NCBI GenBank assembly: GCA_003696075.1
Contig: RFHH01000119.1
Coordinates: forward strand, 10,873-74,872
Reading direction: 5' to 3'
Source: Acidobacteriota bacterium
GTDB taxonomy: Bacteria > Acidobacteriota > Polarisedimenticolia > J045
DNA: 64,000 nt
The notes under the pieces were generated by a model, which saw only the letters and a program-made list of their open reading frames with translations, ran no database searches and was not told the DNA's origin. A program made the translations under genes and the position numbers. Positions within the stretch are counted from its first letter, which is position 1. Each line of letters starts with the position of its first letter. This document shows, in pieces, positions 19,877-30,475 of this stretch.

Positions 19877-21145
19877 TTATGGCATGCCGGCCGCTGCCTG
19901 TCCCCTGCGCAGCGGCTCGATCTCGAAGCGGAGGCAGGAGTGCGCCCTCTCGAGCGACCGCACCACGTCCGGCGGCGAGGCGCCCCGGGCGAACAGGAAG
20001 CCGAGGTAGCGGTCGCCTTCGGGAGGCGGTTCCAATTCCGCTCCCGGGGGCACGGTGATCCTCACTCCCTCGATCCCCGGTTCCAGGCGCGCCTTCGCCT
20101 CCCCCGTCCAGCCGCGCAGGATCCCGGGCGCGGGGATCGGGATCATCATCACCCCGCGGGCCCCCGGCTCCGGTTCGAAACCCTCGACGTCCATCCCCAG
20201 AGCGGAACGGATCACGAGCTCCTCCAGCGGGGTTCCCCCGGGACGGAACCGGACCACGCGGGAGCAAAGGCCGCCGATCGACCGCGGGGCGATCTCGATG
20301 ACGTGGGGAAGGCCACCGACGATCCGCAACTCGGCGTGGACGTTCCCGGTGTGGAAACCGACCGCTCCCAGCGCCCGCTCGACCGCGAGCCGGCAGCCCT
20401 CCTGCGCTTCGGCCGTCAGGCCGGAGGGGAGCACGTAGATCGACTCCTCGAAGAAGGGCCCCTGCCCGGCCCGCGGTTTGTCGAACAGGGCGAGGGTTCG
20501 CAGCCGCCCGCGCCGGACCACGCCCTCGAGGGCCACTTCGGGTCCGTCGAGGTAGGACTCCACGAGCAGCGGCTGGCGGCCGGCGGACAGCTCAGCCCGG
20601 TTCAGAAGCGCCCGGATCCGGGAGACGGCCCGGACGAATCCGGCGGGATCGTCGGCGCGAACGACCCCTCGGCTGGCCGACAGGGCCACGGGCTTCACGA
20701 CGACCGGAAAGGTCAAGCGCCGGGCGGCGCGGGCGGCATCCTCGCCCGGGGCCAGCAGCCGCCACCGCGCCGACGGGAGACCGGCCTCCGAAACCGCGCG
20801 CCGGAAGAGATGCTTGAATCTCAGCCGTCGCACCGCCTCGGCCGGGGCGTGCCGGAGGCCGAGGGCCGCCGCCGCCTCCGCGGCGAGCAGCACGCCGTCG
20901 TCGTCCGCGGCGAGCACACCGTCGATCCGGGTCCGCCGGGCGAAGGCGGCGATCTTCGCGACGGCGCGACGACTCTCGCCGAACGGCAGCACCAGATGAC
21001 CCTGCGGATCGGCCGCCGCCAAAGCCTGTGGCCGGTCCGTTCCGACCGTCAGCGCCACACCGCAGCGGGCGGCAGCGGTGACGAACGCCTCCGCCTTGTA
21101 CGTGCTCGTCGTCATCAACAGCAGGAGCCGGGGGCGATCGGTCAT
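19877..21145 (-). CDS. ATP-grasp domain ligase
   Basis: FPVVVKPVALSASRGV, LVESYLDGPEVALEG, HAELRI, IEIAPRSIGG. Confidence 0.88.
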   Translation of the reverse strand: MTDRPRLLLLMTTSTYKAEAFVTAAARCGVALTVGTDRPQALAAADPQGHLVLPFGESRRAVAKIAAFARRTRIDGVLAADDDGVLLAAEAAAALGLRHAPAEAVRRLRFKHLFRRAVSEAGLPSARWRLLAPGEDAARAARRLTFPVVVKPVALSASRGVVRADDPAGFVRAVSRIRALLNRAELSAGRQPLLVESYLDGPEVALEGVVRRGRLRTLALFDKPRAGQGPFFEESIYVLPSGLTAEAQEGCRLAVERALGAVGFHTGNVHAELRIVGGLPHVIEIAPRSIGGLCSRVVRFRPGGTPLEELVIRSALGMDVEGFEPEPGARGVMMIPIPAPGILRGWTGEAKARLEPGIEGVRITVPPGAELEPPPEGDRYLGFLFARGASPPDVVRSLERAHSCLRFEIEPLRRGQAAAGMP

Positions 21146-22059
21146 CGTTCTTCCTTGTCGTGCCGGCAGGACGCGCGCCGGAATCGGGCGTAGCGCGAGG
21201 CGGGCTGCAGCCCGAGCCGCTCCAGCCAGAGGGCGGTCTCGACGAGGGCGTCGAGGTCGACTTCCGTCGGCACCCCTTCCCCGTCGAGAAGCTGGACGAG
21301 GTCCTCGGTGGCGACGTTCCCCGCCGCGCCGGGAGCATAGGGGCAACCGCCGAGTCCGCCCACCGAGCCGTCGAGGATGCGAACGCCCTCCTCCAGCGCT
21401 ATGTAGGCGTTGACGAGGCCGAGGCCGCGCGTGTCGTGCAGATGGAGGGCCACCCGTTCCGGTCCGAGGCGCTCGATCGCGAGTCTCGCCAGCCGGCGCA
21501 CGGCGCGCGGGGTGCCGGCGCCGATCGTGTCGCCCAGGGAGACCTGGACCGCGCCGAGCTCGGCGAGCCGCTCCGCGAGGCCGATCACTTCCCCCTCGTC
21601 GATCGCTCCTTCGTAGGGGCATCCCAGGGCGGTGGAGACGTAGGCCCGGAGCGCGACCCCGGATTCCCTGCAGGCGCGGGCGATCCGCGCGATCTCGGCC
21701 ATCGACTCCTCCCGGGAACGGTTGAGGTTCTTCCGGTTGTGCGTCTCGCTGGCCGACACGACGACGGCCACCCGCCGGACGCCCGCTTCGACGGCGAGCT
21801 CGTAGCCCTTCACGTTCGGGACCAGAGCCCAGAAGCGGACGCCCTCGCGCTCCCCGAGGAGTTCGGCGACCCGATCCGTCTCGGCCATCTGGGGCACCCA
21901 CCGCGGATGGACGAAGCTTCCGATCTCGATGTCCCGGAGCCCGCAGGCCGCGAGCCGTTGCACGAGCTCGGCCCGCTGATCGGGAGACAGGAGCGTGGGC
22001 TCGTTCTGAAGGCCGTCGCGCGGGCCGACCTCGTACAGCGTGACGGTCCCGGGTGGCAT
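21142..22059 (-). CDS. Hydroxymethylglutaryl-CoA lyase
   Basis: EVGPRDGLQNE, SLGDTIG, LHLHDTRG, GLGGCPYAPGAAGNVATED. Confidence 0.95.
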   Translation of the reverse strand: MPPGTVTLYEVGPRDGLQNEPTLLSPDQRAELVQRLAACGLRDIEIGSFVHPRWVPQMAETDRVAELLGEREGVRFWALVPNVKGYELAVEAGVRRVAVVVSASETHNRKNLNRSREESMAEIARIARACRESGVALRAYVSTALGCPYEGAIDEGEVIGLAERLAELGAVQVSLGDTIGAGTPRAVRRLARLAIERLGPERVALHLHDTRGLGLVNAYIALEEGVRILDGSVGGLGGCPYAPGAAGNVATEDLVQLLDGEGVPTEVDLDALVETALWLERLGLQPASRYARFRRASCRHDKEER

Positions 22060-22169
22060 TCGCCGCGGGGATCGGTTCTGGTTCGATCGGACCATGGCCG
22101 CCTCGGCGCGCGTGGCGGCGCGAGCCTATCGGAGAGCCGCCGAAACCCGCAACACCGGCCCCGAACGTG

Positions 22170-23507
22170 TCAGCCGAGCCGGGCTTGCCGCAGGATCTCT
22201 CGCAGCCGCGGGCGCGAGCCGCCCAGAAGGAGCCCGATGCGGAACAGTCGCGCGCCGAACCGGATCCCGAACCAGGTGCTGGCCGCCAGCAGTGCGAGGG
22301 AGCCCGCGATCTCCCACCAGCGCACGCCCTCCGGCTCGAGCGCGAGGCGCAGCAGCACCGTGATTCCCGAGCTGAACGGGAACCAGGTGAGCGCCCGTGC
22401 CACCGGCCCGTTGGGATCCGGAATCATGATGCCGAGAAACATCACCGGCAGCGCCACCAGCATCGTCCAGAGCATCGACCACTGCTGGCTCTCGCGCATC
22501 GTGCCCCCGAGGGATCCGGTGCCGAGCATCAGGCTTCCCAGCAGCGCGTATGTGGCCAGGAAGTAGGGCACGGCCAGGCCGGCCGCGGCCCAGGGCAGGC
22601 TCACCCCAGCCGCCGCGAGAGCACCGGCGAAGAGGACGCCGGCCAGGATCAGCAGTCCGAGCCAGACGGCGACCTGGAGCAGGGCCGCGGAACCGAGACC
22701 GACGAGCTTCCCCAGGAGGATCTCGTCGGGGTCGGCGCTGGCGAGAAGCACCTCGACCACGCGGTTTTCCTTTTCGAGGGCTGTGCCCTGGACGAGGTAA
22801 CCGGCGCTGATCATCAGGGACACGAAGAGCATGATCGTGAACACGATCGGGACGAGGGTCGCCGCCGCCTTCCCCAGCCGACTGTACGGCTTGATCGCGC
22901 CCGACTCGTCCATCATGAGGCGCTCGGTCCGCACGACCGGCTGCTTCACCCTCTCGAGGATCTCCTCCTCCACCTTTCCCTCGAGAAGACGCCGGCGCAC
23001 CAGCGAGGCGAACGCCGATCCGGCCTGCACCCTGTCCCCGAAGCCCGTCTCCCGCTGGACGAACCGAACCGCCCCCGTCTGCAGGTAATCGCTGCCCAGA
23101 ACGTAGTAGGCGTCGATCCGGCCGTCCGCGAGGGCCTCTTTCGCCTCGTCCTCAGCGGCGGCAGGGGTGAACACGATCCGGCCCACCGCCAGCGCGGGCG
23201 CCCTGGGGTTCATCGACCGCGCCCGCTCGATCGCTTCCCGGACTTCCGGCGGCAGCTCCACGGCGGGCTCTTCGATCCGCGAGACCAGGCCGATCGCGCC
23301 CCCCTCGTCGACGACGGCCACCACACGCGGCCGCGACGCCCGGGCCTCCACTCTCTTGTTGACGAAGGCGCCGAGGCCCGCGATGAACCCGCCGTAGAGA
23401 ATCACGAACACCGGCATTCCGAACGTCGCCACCAGGTAGCCGACCCGGCGAACCGTGGACAGGAACTCGAAGGAGGCCACCACCCCCGCCTTGCGCGGCC
23501 GGATCAT
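22170..23507 (-). CDS. ABC-2 transporter permease (NatB-like)
   Basis: N-terminal TM, extracytoplasmic domain, EKENRVVEVLLAS, ILLGKLVG, multiple TMs. Confidence 0.88.
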   Translation of the reverse strand: MIRPRKAGVVASFEFLSTVRRVGYLVATFGMPVFVILYGGFIAGLGAFVNKRVEARASRPRVVAVVDEGGAIGLVSRIEEPAVELPPEVREAIERARSMNPRAPALAVGRIVFTPAAAEDEAKEALADGRIDAYYVLGSDYLQTGAVRFVQRETGFGDRVQAGSAFASLVRRRLLEGKVEEEILERVKQPVVRTERLMMDESGAIKPYSRLGKAAATLVPIVFTIMLFVSLMISAGYLVQGTALEKENRVVEVLLASADPDEILLGKLVGLGSAALLQVAVWLGLLILAGVLFAGALAAAGVSLPWAAAGLAVPYFLATYALLGSLMLGTGSLGGTMRESQQWSMLWTMLVALPVMFLGIMIPDPNGPVARALTWFPFSSGITVLLRLALEPEGVRWWEIAGSLALLAASTWFGIRFGARLFRIGLLLGGSRPRLREILRQARLG

Positions 23508-24415
23508 CGCCCTTCCCCCCCGACGAGCGCGATGAAGATGTCCTCCATCGGCGCCAGGACACGTTCGTAGCGGTACACCTCCGCGCCTGTGGCCACGAGC
23601 TGTTGCAGGATCCGCGCCCCGTCGCCCGTGTCCCGCAGCCGGATCCTCCAGGTGTGGTCTCCCTCGGGACGGACCTCGGCGACCCCGTCCAGCGGCGGCA
23701 GTTCACCTTCGAGGGCGATCCGCACTTCCGGAGGCGAGTGGCGCCGGCGGATGTCGCCGACCTCCCCGTAGAGGACGAGACGACCGCGATGGATCATCGC
23801 CACCCGGTCGCACAACTCCTCGACCATGTTCATCTGGTGCGTCGACAGGATGGTGGTGGCGCCGCTGTCTTTCCGCTCGCGAATCAGATCCTTCACCAAG
23901 CGCACGTTCACCGGGTCCAGCCCGGAGAAGGGCTCGTCGAGGATCGCCACTTCGGGATCCGCCAGCAGCGCCGAGACGATCTGCACCTTCTGCGACATCC
24001 CCTTCGACAGCCGCTCGACCTTCCAGCCCGCGACCTCGGGCAAGCCGATCCGTTCCAACCAGCGGTGCGATCGACCGATCGCTTCCCTCCGGCTCAGCCC
24101 CTTCAACGCCGCGAAGTAGGTCAGGACGTCGAGGACCTTCTGCTTGACGTACAGGCCCCGCTCCTCCGGCAGGTAGCCGAAGCGGTCGAGGTACTTCCGC
24201 CGCATCGGCTCTCCCCGGTACAGGACCGTCCCGCGATCCGCGCGGATGATGTCCATCAGGATCCGGATGAGGGTCGTCTTCCCCGCCCCGTTCGGACCGA
24301 GCAGGCCCAGCACCTCACCACCGAAGACGTCGAACGAGACGTCGGCCACGGCCGGCGTGCCTCCGTAGCTCTTGGAGACGTCCCGGAACGAGATGACCGG
24401 CTCAGGAGTCGTCAT
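23504..24415 (-). CDS. ABC transporter ATP-binding protein (NatA-like)
   Basis: GPNGAGKTT, LPEERGLY, LSKGM, ILDEPFSGLDP, STH. Confidence 0.93.
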   Translation of the reverse strand: MTTPEPVISFRDVSKSYGGTPAVADVSFDVFGGEVLGLLGPNGAGKTTLIRILMDIIRADRGTVLYRGEPMRRKYLDRFGYLPEERGLYVKQKVLDVLTYFAALKGLSRREAIGRSHRWLERIGLPEVAGWKVERLSKGMSQKVQIVSALLADPEVAILDEPFSGLDPVNVRLVKDLIRERKDSGATTILSTHQMNMVEELCDRVAMIHRGRLVLYGEVGDIRRRHSPPEVRIALEGELPPLDGVAEVRPEGDHTWRIRLRDTGDGARILQQLVATGAEVYRYERVLAPMEDIFIALVGGEGR

Positions 24416-25226
24416 CTGGCTTCCTGTGTTTGTCGAACAGGCCCGCGGGGGCCTCCGGCGGCCCGCCTTCCGGTATCCCCGCCACGCGCGCCACCCACTC
24501 CGTCTGGTGCAGCAGGGCCCGGATCACGCGGACGTCATACTCGGTGAGCAGCGCCCGGCCGAGCATCTGCCGCCACCGCCGCAGGATCGCGTCCGGGTTC
24601 TGCGCGTGCAGGTATCCGATCCGCGACCATACGCGGCGGGCATGCCGGAACATCTCTTCGACCTGCTCGACCGGTGCCGGTTCCACGGCGAGCGGTCGGG
24701 GCCCGGTTCCCAGATCGGCCCTGGCGCGGCGCGCGAGCACGTACCCCACGACGGCGACGGCGTGGGCGAGGTTCAGGGACGGGCCGGCCGGATCGGAGGG
24801 GATCCAGAGGAGCCGCTGGCAGCGATCGACTTCCGCCGTGGACAGCCCGTGCGCCTCGCGGCCGAAGAGGATCGCCGTCTCGTAGGGAGCTCGCCAGGGT
24901 TTCGTCTCGTCGAAGACCTCCTCGGGCGTGAGCCCGGGGCCGCGGCGCTTGCCCAGCCGGCGGGAGGTGCCGATCACCAGACGGCAGCCGGCGACCGCCT
25001 CGTCGAGCGTGGCGACCCTCTCGGCTCCGCGCAGGACGGGCTCCCCTTCCTCCCGGGCGTACCAGCGGGCCTCGTCCGCCTCGGGGTCGGCCCTCCCCCC
25101 CACCAGCACCAGCCGGGACAAGCCGAAGTTCCGCATGGCGCGCGCCACCTGGCCGAGGTTCCCGTGATACCTCGGCTCGACGAGCACGATGCGGATGCGC
25201 TGCAACTTGTCGACGAGGCTTTCCAC
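24402..25226 (-). CDS. SPOUT RNA methyltransferase, TrmJ/LasT family
   Basis: IVLVEP...GNLGQVARAMRNFG, LFGREAHGLS, SLNLAHAV. Confidence 0.9.
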   Translation of the reverse strand: MESLVDKLQRIRIVLVEPRYHGNLGQVARAMRNFGLSRLVLVGGRADPEADEARWYAREEGEPVLRGAERVATLDEAVAGCRLVIGTSRRLGKRRGPGLTPEEVFDETKPWRAPYETAILFGREAHGLSTAEVDRCQRLLWIPSDPAGPSLNLAHAVAVVGYVLARRARADLGTGPRPLAVEPAPVEQVEEMFRHARRVWSRIGYLHAQNPDAILRRWRQMLGRALLTEYDVRVIRALLHQTEWVARVAGIPEGGPPEAPAGLFDKHRKPDDDS

Positions 25227-25265
25227 CGCCGCTCCGCGCCGCCCCGCGGGCGGCCCGCCGACAGG

Positions 25266-26849
25266 TTACGCGAAATCGGCGAGGTCGAGGGAGGGGAACA
25301 GGCCGTCGCGCTCCTCGCAAAGTTCGAGAAACCGGCGATCGTCGCCCTCCAGGGCCACCCGTCCGAGCATCCCGTCCAGGCGGTTGAACCGCTGCACGTG
25401 CTCCGTGAAGCGGCGAGTGGCGTACTCGACCGCCGTCCCGGTGCTCATGAGGAACGGCCAGTCGCTCGCCTGCGCCAGCATCGCCTCCCGCACCGCCTGC
25501 CGGAGGATGCGCCCCTTCGCGGCATCGCCGGGATCGCGCTCCTCCAGGCGTGCGGCCAGCCGCTCGCCGATCCCGGTGAGGTGCGGCAGGCACCACTCGT
25601 TCGACTCGTCGAGCCAGACGGCGAGATGCCCGCCGGCCCCCCACGAACTCGGCTCGAGGTCGACGACCTGGAGCGCGCCGGCGCGGGCGAGCACGTCGCC
25701 CGGAGTGGCGGGGTCGAGATCGTCCGCCGCGGCGAGGCTCCGGAAGACACGCTCCAGGAACCAGGGACCCTCGAACCACCAGTGGCCGAACAGCTCCGCA
25801 TCGTAGGGGCAGAACAGCACCGGAGGCCGGTCCATCCGGGAGGCCTGGTCCCGGGCCTGCTCCCGGCGCCTCGCCACGAAGTGATCGCCGTGCTCGAGGG
25901 CGCGGGCTCGCGCCGCGCGGGGATCGTAGGGTTCCTTGGCCTCGGTCTCGCCGGTGATCCGGTAGTACTTCAATCCCGTGAACATCCTCTGCCCCGAGGG
26001 ATCGATGAAGGGCGCGATCTGCTCGAACGGGAGGTCCCACCCGACGTCGCGGTAGAACTCGCGGTAAACGGGGTCGCCGGGGTAGCCGCCGCGCGCCGAC
26101 CACACCTCCCGCGCCGACGCCACGTCCCGGGCGAACACGGCCACGCCGTGCTCCGTCCAGCAGGGGGCGTAGATGCCGTAGCGCGGGGAGGGGCTCGCGC
26201 TCAGCAGGCCGTGGGCATCGACGGCGAACCAGCGCAGATCGGCCTCGGCGAGGTACCGGTCCAGCGGAGGGGCGTAGGCACACTCCGGAAGCCAGATGCC
26301 CCGGGGCCGGCGGCCGAAGATCCGCTCGTGCTCGCGGACGGCCGTGCGGATCTGACCGCGCGCCAGCTCCGGGCGATCCAGCAACGAGGGCAGGATCGGG
26401 TGCGTCGCGGCGCAGGTGGCCAGCTCGAGCAGCCCGGCGCGCTCGAGCCGGGCCAGTTCTCCGTTCAGGTCGCGCCCCAGCCGCTCGTAGAGGTCGAGCA
26501 GGCGCGTGAGACGCTTCCGGTAGAAGGCGACCACGTCCGAGAAGGCGCGGTCACCGCGGGTGCGCTCCTCCTCCTGCCGGCACAGCCGGAGCAGGCGCGC
26601 GCCGAACTCGGCCGTGCGACCGCGCAGCAGCGGATCCTCGAGCATCGCTGCGAGGGTGGGCGAGACGTCGACCGTGAGCCTCACCGGCACCCCGTCCCGC
26701 TCGAGCGCGCGCAGCGCCTCCACCAGCGGGAGGTAGCACTCGAACACCGCCTCGAACAGCCAGTGCTCTTCCAGGAAGAAAGGAAGTTCCGGGTGGCGCA
26801 CCCACGGGAGGTGCGCGTGGAGGAGGACGACCAGCTCTCCGCGCTTCAC
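25266..26849 (-). CDS. GH57 1,4-alpha-glucan branching enzyme (DUF1957)
   Basis: LHAHLPWVRH, GIWLPECAY, PYDAELFGHWWFEG, LAQASDWPF. Confidence 0.92.
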   Translation of the reverse strand: MKRGELVVLLHAHLPWVRHPELPFFLEEHWLFEAVFECYLPLVEALRALERDGVPVRLTVDVSPTLAAMLEDPLLRGRTAEFGARLLRLCRQEEERTRGDRAFSDVVAFYRKRLTRLLDLYERLGRDLNGELARLERAGLLELATCAATHPILPSLLDRPELARGQIRTAVREHERIFGRRPRGIWLPECAYAPPLDRYLAEADLRWFAVDAHGLLSASPSPRYGIYAPCWTEHGVAVFARDVASAREVWSARGGYPGDPVYREFYRDVGWDLPFEQIAPFIDPSGQRMFTGLKYYRITGETEAKEPYDPRAARARALEHGDHFVARRREQARDQASRMDRPPVLFCPYDAELFGHWWFEGPWFLERVFRSLAAADDLDPATPGDVLARAGALQVVDLEPSSWGAGGHLAVWLDESNEWCLPHLTGIGERLAARLEERDPGDAAKGRILRQAVREAMLAQASDWPFLMSTGTAVEYATRRFTEHVQRFNRLDGMLGRVALEGDDRRFLELCEERDGLFPSLDLADFA

Positions 26850-27589
26850 GCCCCGCGTCCCGAGGGCCGGCCGGGGCCGCCCCAGGAGGAGCCCGGAGGT
26901 CCGCCGGCCCCCTCCTCGGGCGGGGCGGCGCCCGGCGCCCCGAGGGGACGCGGCCGGGAAACGCCTTCGCACCGCCCCGCCTGCGCCGCGATCTCCAATC
27001 GCTCGAGGAGCCGCGCCGCGGGGCGGTCGCCCCCGCGAGGCGGGGGCGCGTGGCCGGGGATCGCGGGCGGTTCGCCGCGGACCAGTGCCCGCCGGTCGAG
27101 ATCGGGCGGCAAGGCGAGCGCCTCGGGCGTGCCGCCGCCCGAAGGCCGGTGCCGGGCCGCGCGGACGGGACAGGACCGGGCGATCGGGCCCGGCGGAAGC
27201 GCGGCTCCGTCGAGAACGAGCTCTCCCGTCCAGACCCCCCCTTCTCCGGGCACCTCGAGAGAAAGGATCCCTCCGCGGCGGCCCAGGCGCCGCCGGAGGC
27301 GGGGTTCACCGTGGCCGTCGCGGACGACGAGGAGGAGGTTCCGCCAGCCGTCCCGCTCCCCCGCCTGCACGGCGTCCGGATCGTTCACTTCCCAGACCAC
27401 GAGCAGGGTGGAGGGGTCCCGCGCGAGCAGCCTGAGGTAGGTGAGCCGGTAGCCGGCCGGCGGGGGGCCGAGCGCCTCGGCCAGGACCGGAGCGTGCGGC
27501 CCCAGGTCGAAGCGCGCGGTCTCCGCCCGGAGTTGACCGTGCCCCTCCGCCGGGGGCTCCCCGCCGCGAGCTTCTCTCTCGCCGGACAT
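26846..27589 (-). CDS. DUF4912-like protein
   Basis: PAGYRLTYLRLLARDPSTLLVVWEV; stop overlaps the GH57 start, a usual partnering. Confidence 0.7.
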   Translation of the reverse strand: MSGEREARGGEPPAEGHGQLRAETARFDLGPHAPVLAEALGPPPAGYRLTYLRLLARDPSTLLVVWEVNDPDAVQAGERDGWRNLLLVVRDGHGEPRLRRRLGRRGGILSLEVPGEGGVWTGELVLDGAALPPGPIARSCPVRAARHRPSGGGTPEALALPPDLDRRALVRGEPPAIPGHAPPPRGGDRPAARLLERLEIAAQAGRCEGVSRPRPLGAPGAAPPEEGAGGPPGSSWGGPGRPSGRGA

Positions 27590-27595
27590 CGCGCG

Positions 27596-28630
27596 TCAGC
27601 GGCTGGCGCCGGACCCCGCGCGAGTCCCTCCCAGCCAGGCCGACCAGTCTTCCGTCTCGCCGACCTGCACGGCGAGGATCTCGCCGTCCCCCGACACGAG
27701 GAACGACGTCGGGGTGCGGGTCACGAGGAGCGTCTTTCCGGCGGCGTTGCGGACGTCCAGCAGGTGTTTCCAGGGATAGGACTCGATCAGCGGAGCGGCC
27801 GCGCGGCGCAGCGCCTCGGCGTCGGCGCGGGCCACATCGACGACGACGAGATCGTCGGGACGGTGCTCTTCGTACCAGCGTCCGAGCACCGGAAGCGCCC
27901 GCTTGCAGTGGGGACAGATCGGAGACCAGTAGAAAAGCAGCAACCGCTTGCCGGGAACGAGGAAGTCGGTGAGCCGCCGCCAGGTGGAGCCGTCCAGCTC
28001 CGTGACCGCGACGCCCGGAAGCTTCGACCCGAGCAGCCGGTACGCCGGCTGGTACTCGAGGACACCGAGCGTGGGCACCGCCTTCCCCTTCGCAGCGAGC
28101 GCGAGCGCCTGCAGAATCGAAACGCCGTCCTTGTTGGCCTGCGAAATGTCGGAGCCGCCGACGAGCCGCAGAACGCCCCCGGCGTCGATGAGCGCGAACG
28201 AGGGAGCGCGGCGCACTCCGAGAACGACGGCCAGGTCGCCCCGGTCGATCACCGGCTCCACCGCCGACGCCAGCCCGAGCTCCTTCAGGCGCTCGGTCAC
28301 CGACGATTCCGGCTGGCCGGCAGCCAGCACCGCGACCGGCAGGACGGCCGCCTCGGGAGCCGCCTCCCGGGCGCCCGCGATCGCGTCGGCGAGGGCCGCC
28401 TCGGAGACGGGATCGCCCGGACGCCAGTAGACGACGAGCACGGGCCGCACGCCGAGGTACCCGGCCAACGCCTTGCCGGCCGGTCCGGCCTCGCGTTCCA
28501 GGACGGCGGCCGGCACCGCCTCCCCAGGCCGGGTGACGGGACGCGGCCCGCCCTGGGCGAACGCGGCGAGGCACGAAAACCCGGCGAGCAGCGATACGAG
28601 GACGGCGCCGCGAATTGTCTTCTTCGTCAT
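27596..28630 (-). CDS. Exported TlpA/thioredoxin-like protein with two Trx folds
   Basis: Signal peptide. The second domain has YWSPICPHC and TPT; the first lacks CxxC (YWRPGDPVS). Confidence 0.8.
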   Translation of the reverse strand: MTKKTIRGAVLVSLLAGFSCLAAFAQGGPRPVTRPGEAVPAAVLEREAGPAGKALAGYLGVRPVLVVYWRPGDPVSEAALADAIAGAREAAPEAAVLPVAVLAAGQPESSVTERLKELGLASAVEPVIDRGDLAVVLGVRRAPSFALIDAGGVLRLVGGSDISQANKDGVSILQALALAAKGKAVPTLGVLEYQPAYRLLGSKLPGVAVTELDGSTWRRLTDFLVPGKRLLLFYWSPICPHCKRALPVLGRWYEEHRPDDLVVVDVARADAEALRRAAAPLIESYPWKHLLDVRNAAGKTLLVTRTPTSFLVSGDGEILAVQVGETEDWSAWLGGTRAGSGASR

Positions 28631-28695
28631 CGGGCGGCCATTATAGGGGCGGCTCAGCGCGGCCGCTCGGCCCCGCGCCCCGAGACCGACCGCCG

Positions 28696-29664
28696 ATGGA
28701 ACGCGAAACCGAAACCGGTGAAACCGTCGCCGCCCGTTTCAAGGTCGGTCCGGCCTTCGCCGGATGCCGGCTCGACCGGTTCCTGCAGCGCATGATCCCG
28801 AAGCTGTCGCGCACCCGTGTCCAGCGGGCGATCGCCACGCGCGTCGAGTTGTCGTGGGACGCGCCGGTGAAGCCGTCGACGCCCGTGCAAGTCGGCGGCA
28901 CCGTATCGCTGCTCGATCCCGGCATCGAGGAAGAGGAGATCGCCTTCGATCCACCGGTTCTCTACGAAGACCGGGATATCCTCGCCATCGACAAGCCACC
29001 GGGACTGGTGGTGCACCCCACCCACAGCCACCGGCGGAACACCGTCATCAGTCTGCTGCGCCGCCGGCGGGGGGAGCCCCAGCTCACCCTCGCCCACCGC
29101 CTGGACGCGGAGACCAGCGGCGTGCTTCTCCTCGGGCGCCACCGGTGGGCCGCGCGGCGCCTCCAAACGGCGTTCGAGCGGGCGCGTGTTTCGAAGACCT
29201 ACCTCGCCGTCGTCCGCGGAGCTCCGGCGGCCGACCGCTTTCGCATCGACCTTCCCCTGGGGACTTTCACCAGGGACGGCTTCATCTTCAGGCAGGGTCC
29301 GGAGGCGGAGCGAACGAAGAGCGCCCGGACCGAGGTGAGGGTCGTCCGGCGCCTTGCCGACCGGGCTCTCGTGGAGGTTCGCCCCGAGACGGGGCGGCGG
29401 CACCAGATCCGGGCTCACCTGGCCCTCGCCGGCCACCCGATCCTCGGCGACAAGCTCTACATGCTCCCCGACCGCGACTACCGCCGGCTCCTGCTGTACG
29501 GGAAGCTGCCCGAGGAAGCGGCGGCCCGCCTCGGCGCCGGCCGGCTGTTGCTCCACTCCTTCAGACTCGAGCTGGATCACCCGCGCGAGGGCGGCCGAAT
29601 CTCGCTCGAAGCGCCGATGCCGTCCGACATGCGGGAAGCCCTGCGCGGGGAGCCTTCGGCGTGA
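28696..29664 (+). CDS. RluA-family pseudouridine synthase
   Basis: [43 protein letters not shown]. Confidence 0.93.
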   Translation: MERETETGETVAARFKVGPAFAGCRLDRFLQRMIPKLSRTRVQRAIATRVELSWDAPVKPSTPVQVGGTVSLLDPGIEEEEIAFDPPVLYEDRDILAIDKPPGLVVHPTHSHRRNTVISLLRRRRGEPQLTLAHRLDAETSGVLLLGRHRWAARRLQTAFERARVSKTYLAVVRGAPAADRFRIDLPLGTFTRDGFIFRQGPEAERTKSARTEVRVVRRLADRALVEVRPETGRRHQIRAHLALAGHPILGDKLYMLPDRDYRRLLLYGKLPEEAAARLGAGRLLLHSFRLELDHPREGGRISLEAPMPSDMREALRGEPSA

Positions 29665-30317
29665 AGCGGGCCGGCGCGATTCTGGCGGTCGCCCTGCTCG
29701 CCGCTTGCGGCGGACGGACTGCGGTCCGGCCGGCGGAGTCCGCCGCGGCCACGCGGGCCGCGCCGCTCCGCGTGCACATCGTCGCGCCCGGGGAGACGTT
29801 GTGGCGCATCGCGCGCCGCTACGGCGTCGACGTGGAGCGCCTCGCGGCCCTGAACGGGCTCGCCGATCCGAACCGGATCGTCGCGGGACAACGCCTCCTG
29901 CTTCCCCCGGAGGCGGCGCCGGCACCGGAGGCCGCTCCGGCCGCTCGCCCGAGGTGGAGGTGGCCGGTGCGGGGCCCGGTCAGCTCCCTCTTCGGGGCGC
30001 CGAGGGGCGGGAGCCGGCATCAGGGGATCGATATCCTCGTCCCGCCCGGCACGCCGGTCCGGGCCTCCGCGGCGGGCGTGGTGCGGTACGCCGGGCGCCG
30101 CCGCGGCTACGGCCTGCTGGTGGTCGTCGACCACGGGGAGGGGTTCACCACCTGGTACGGTCACAACAGCCGCATCACGGTCCGGGAGGGGGACGCCGTG
30201 GCCGCGGGGGCGCGTGTCGCCCTGAGCGGGGCCAGCGGCAATGCGTCGGCCCCCCATGTCCACTTCGAGGTGAGGCGGAACGGGAAGCCGCTGGATCCGC
30301 TCGCGCTCCTGCCCTGA
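29661..30317 (+). CDS. LysM/M23 peptidase lipoprotein (NlpD-like)
   Basis: Lipobox LAAC, LysM ([18 protein letters not shown]), M23 HQGID and HVHFE. Confidence 0.92.
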   Translation: MKRAGAILAVALLAACGGRTAVRPAESAAATRAAPLRVHIVAPGETLWRIARRYGVDVERLAALNGLADPNRIVAGQRLLLPPEAAPAPEAAPAARPRWRWPVRGPVSSLFGAPRGGSRHQGIDILVPPGTPVRASAAGVVRYAGRRRGYGLLVVVDHGEGFTTWYGHNSRITVREGDAVAAGARVALSGASGNASAPHVHFEVRRNGKPLDPLALLP

Positions 30318-30475
30318 GGGCCGCCCTTGCCGGCGCGCCGCCGCCGACCGAACGTTACCTTGCGAGGTCCCTCCCGGCCGGCGGTCGCGCGCGGTTCCCG
30401 CCTCCGGCGGGCGCGGTTCCCCGGCCGGGCAGCTCGGATCGCTCGACCCCGAGGGTCCCGAGAAGGGAGGCGAGT

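Noticed and set aside
19877..21901. 674-aa version of the ATP-grasp protein, and similar 5' extensions of the SDR, DusB, sulfatase and desaturase-downstream ORFs
   Set aside because: The extensions are alternative-frame overlaps with upstream genes. Starts were reset to codons with an RBS or stop/start coupling.
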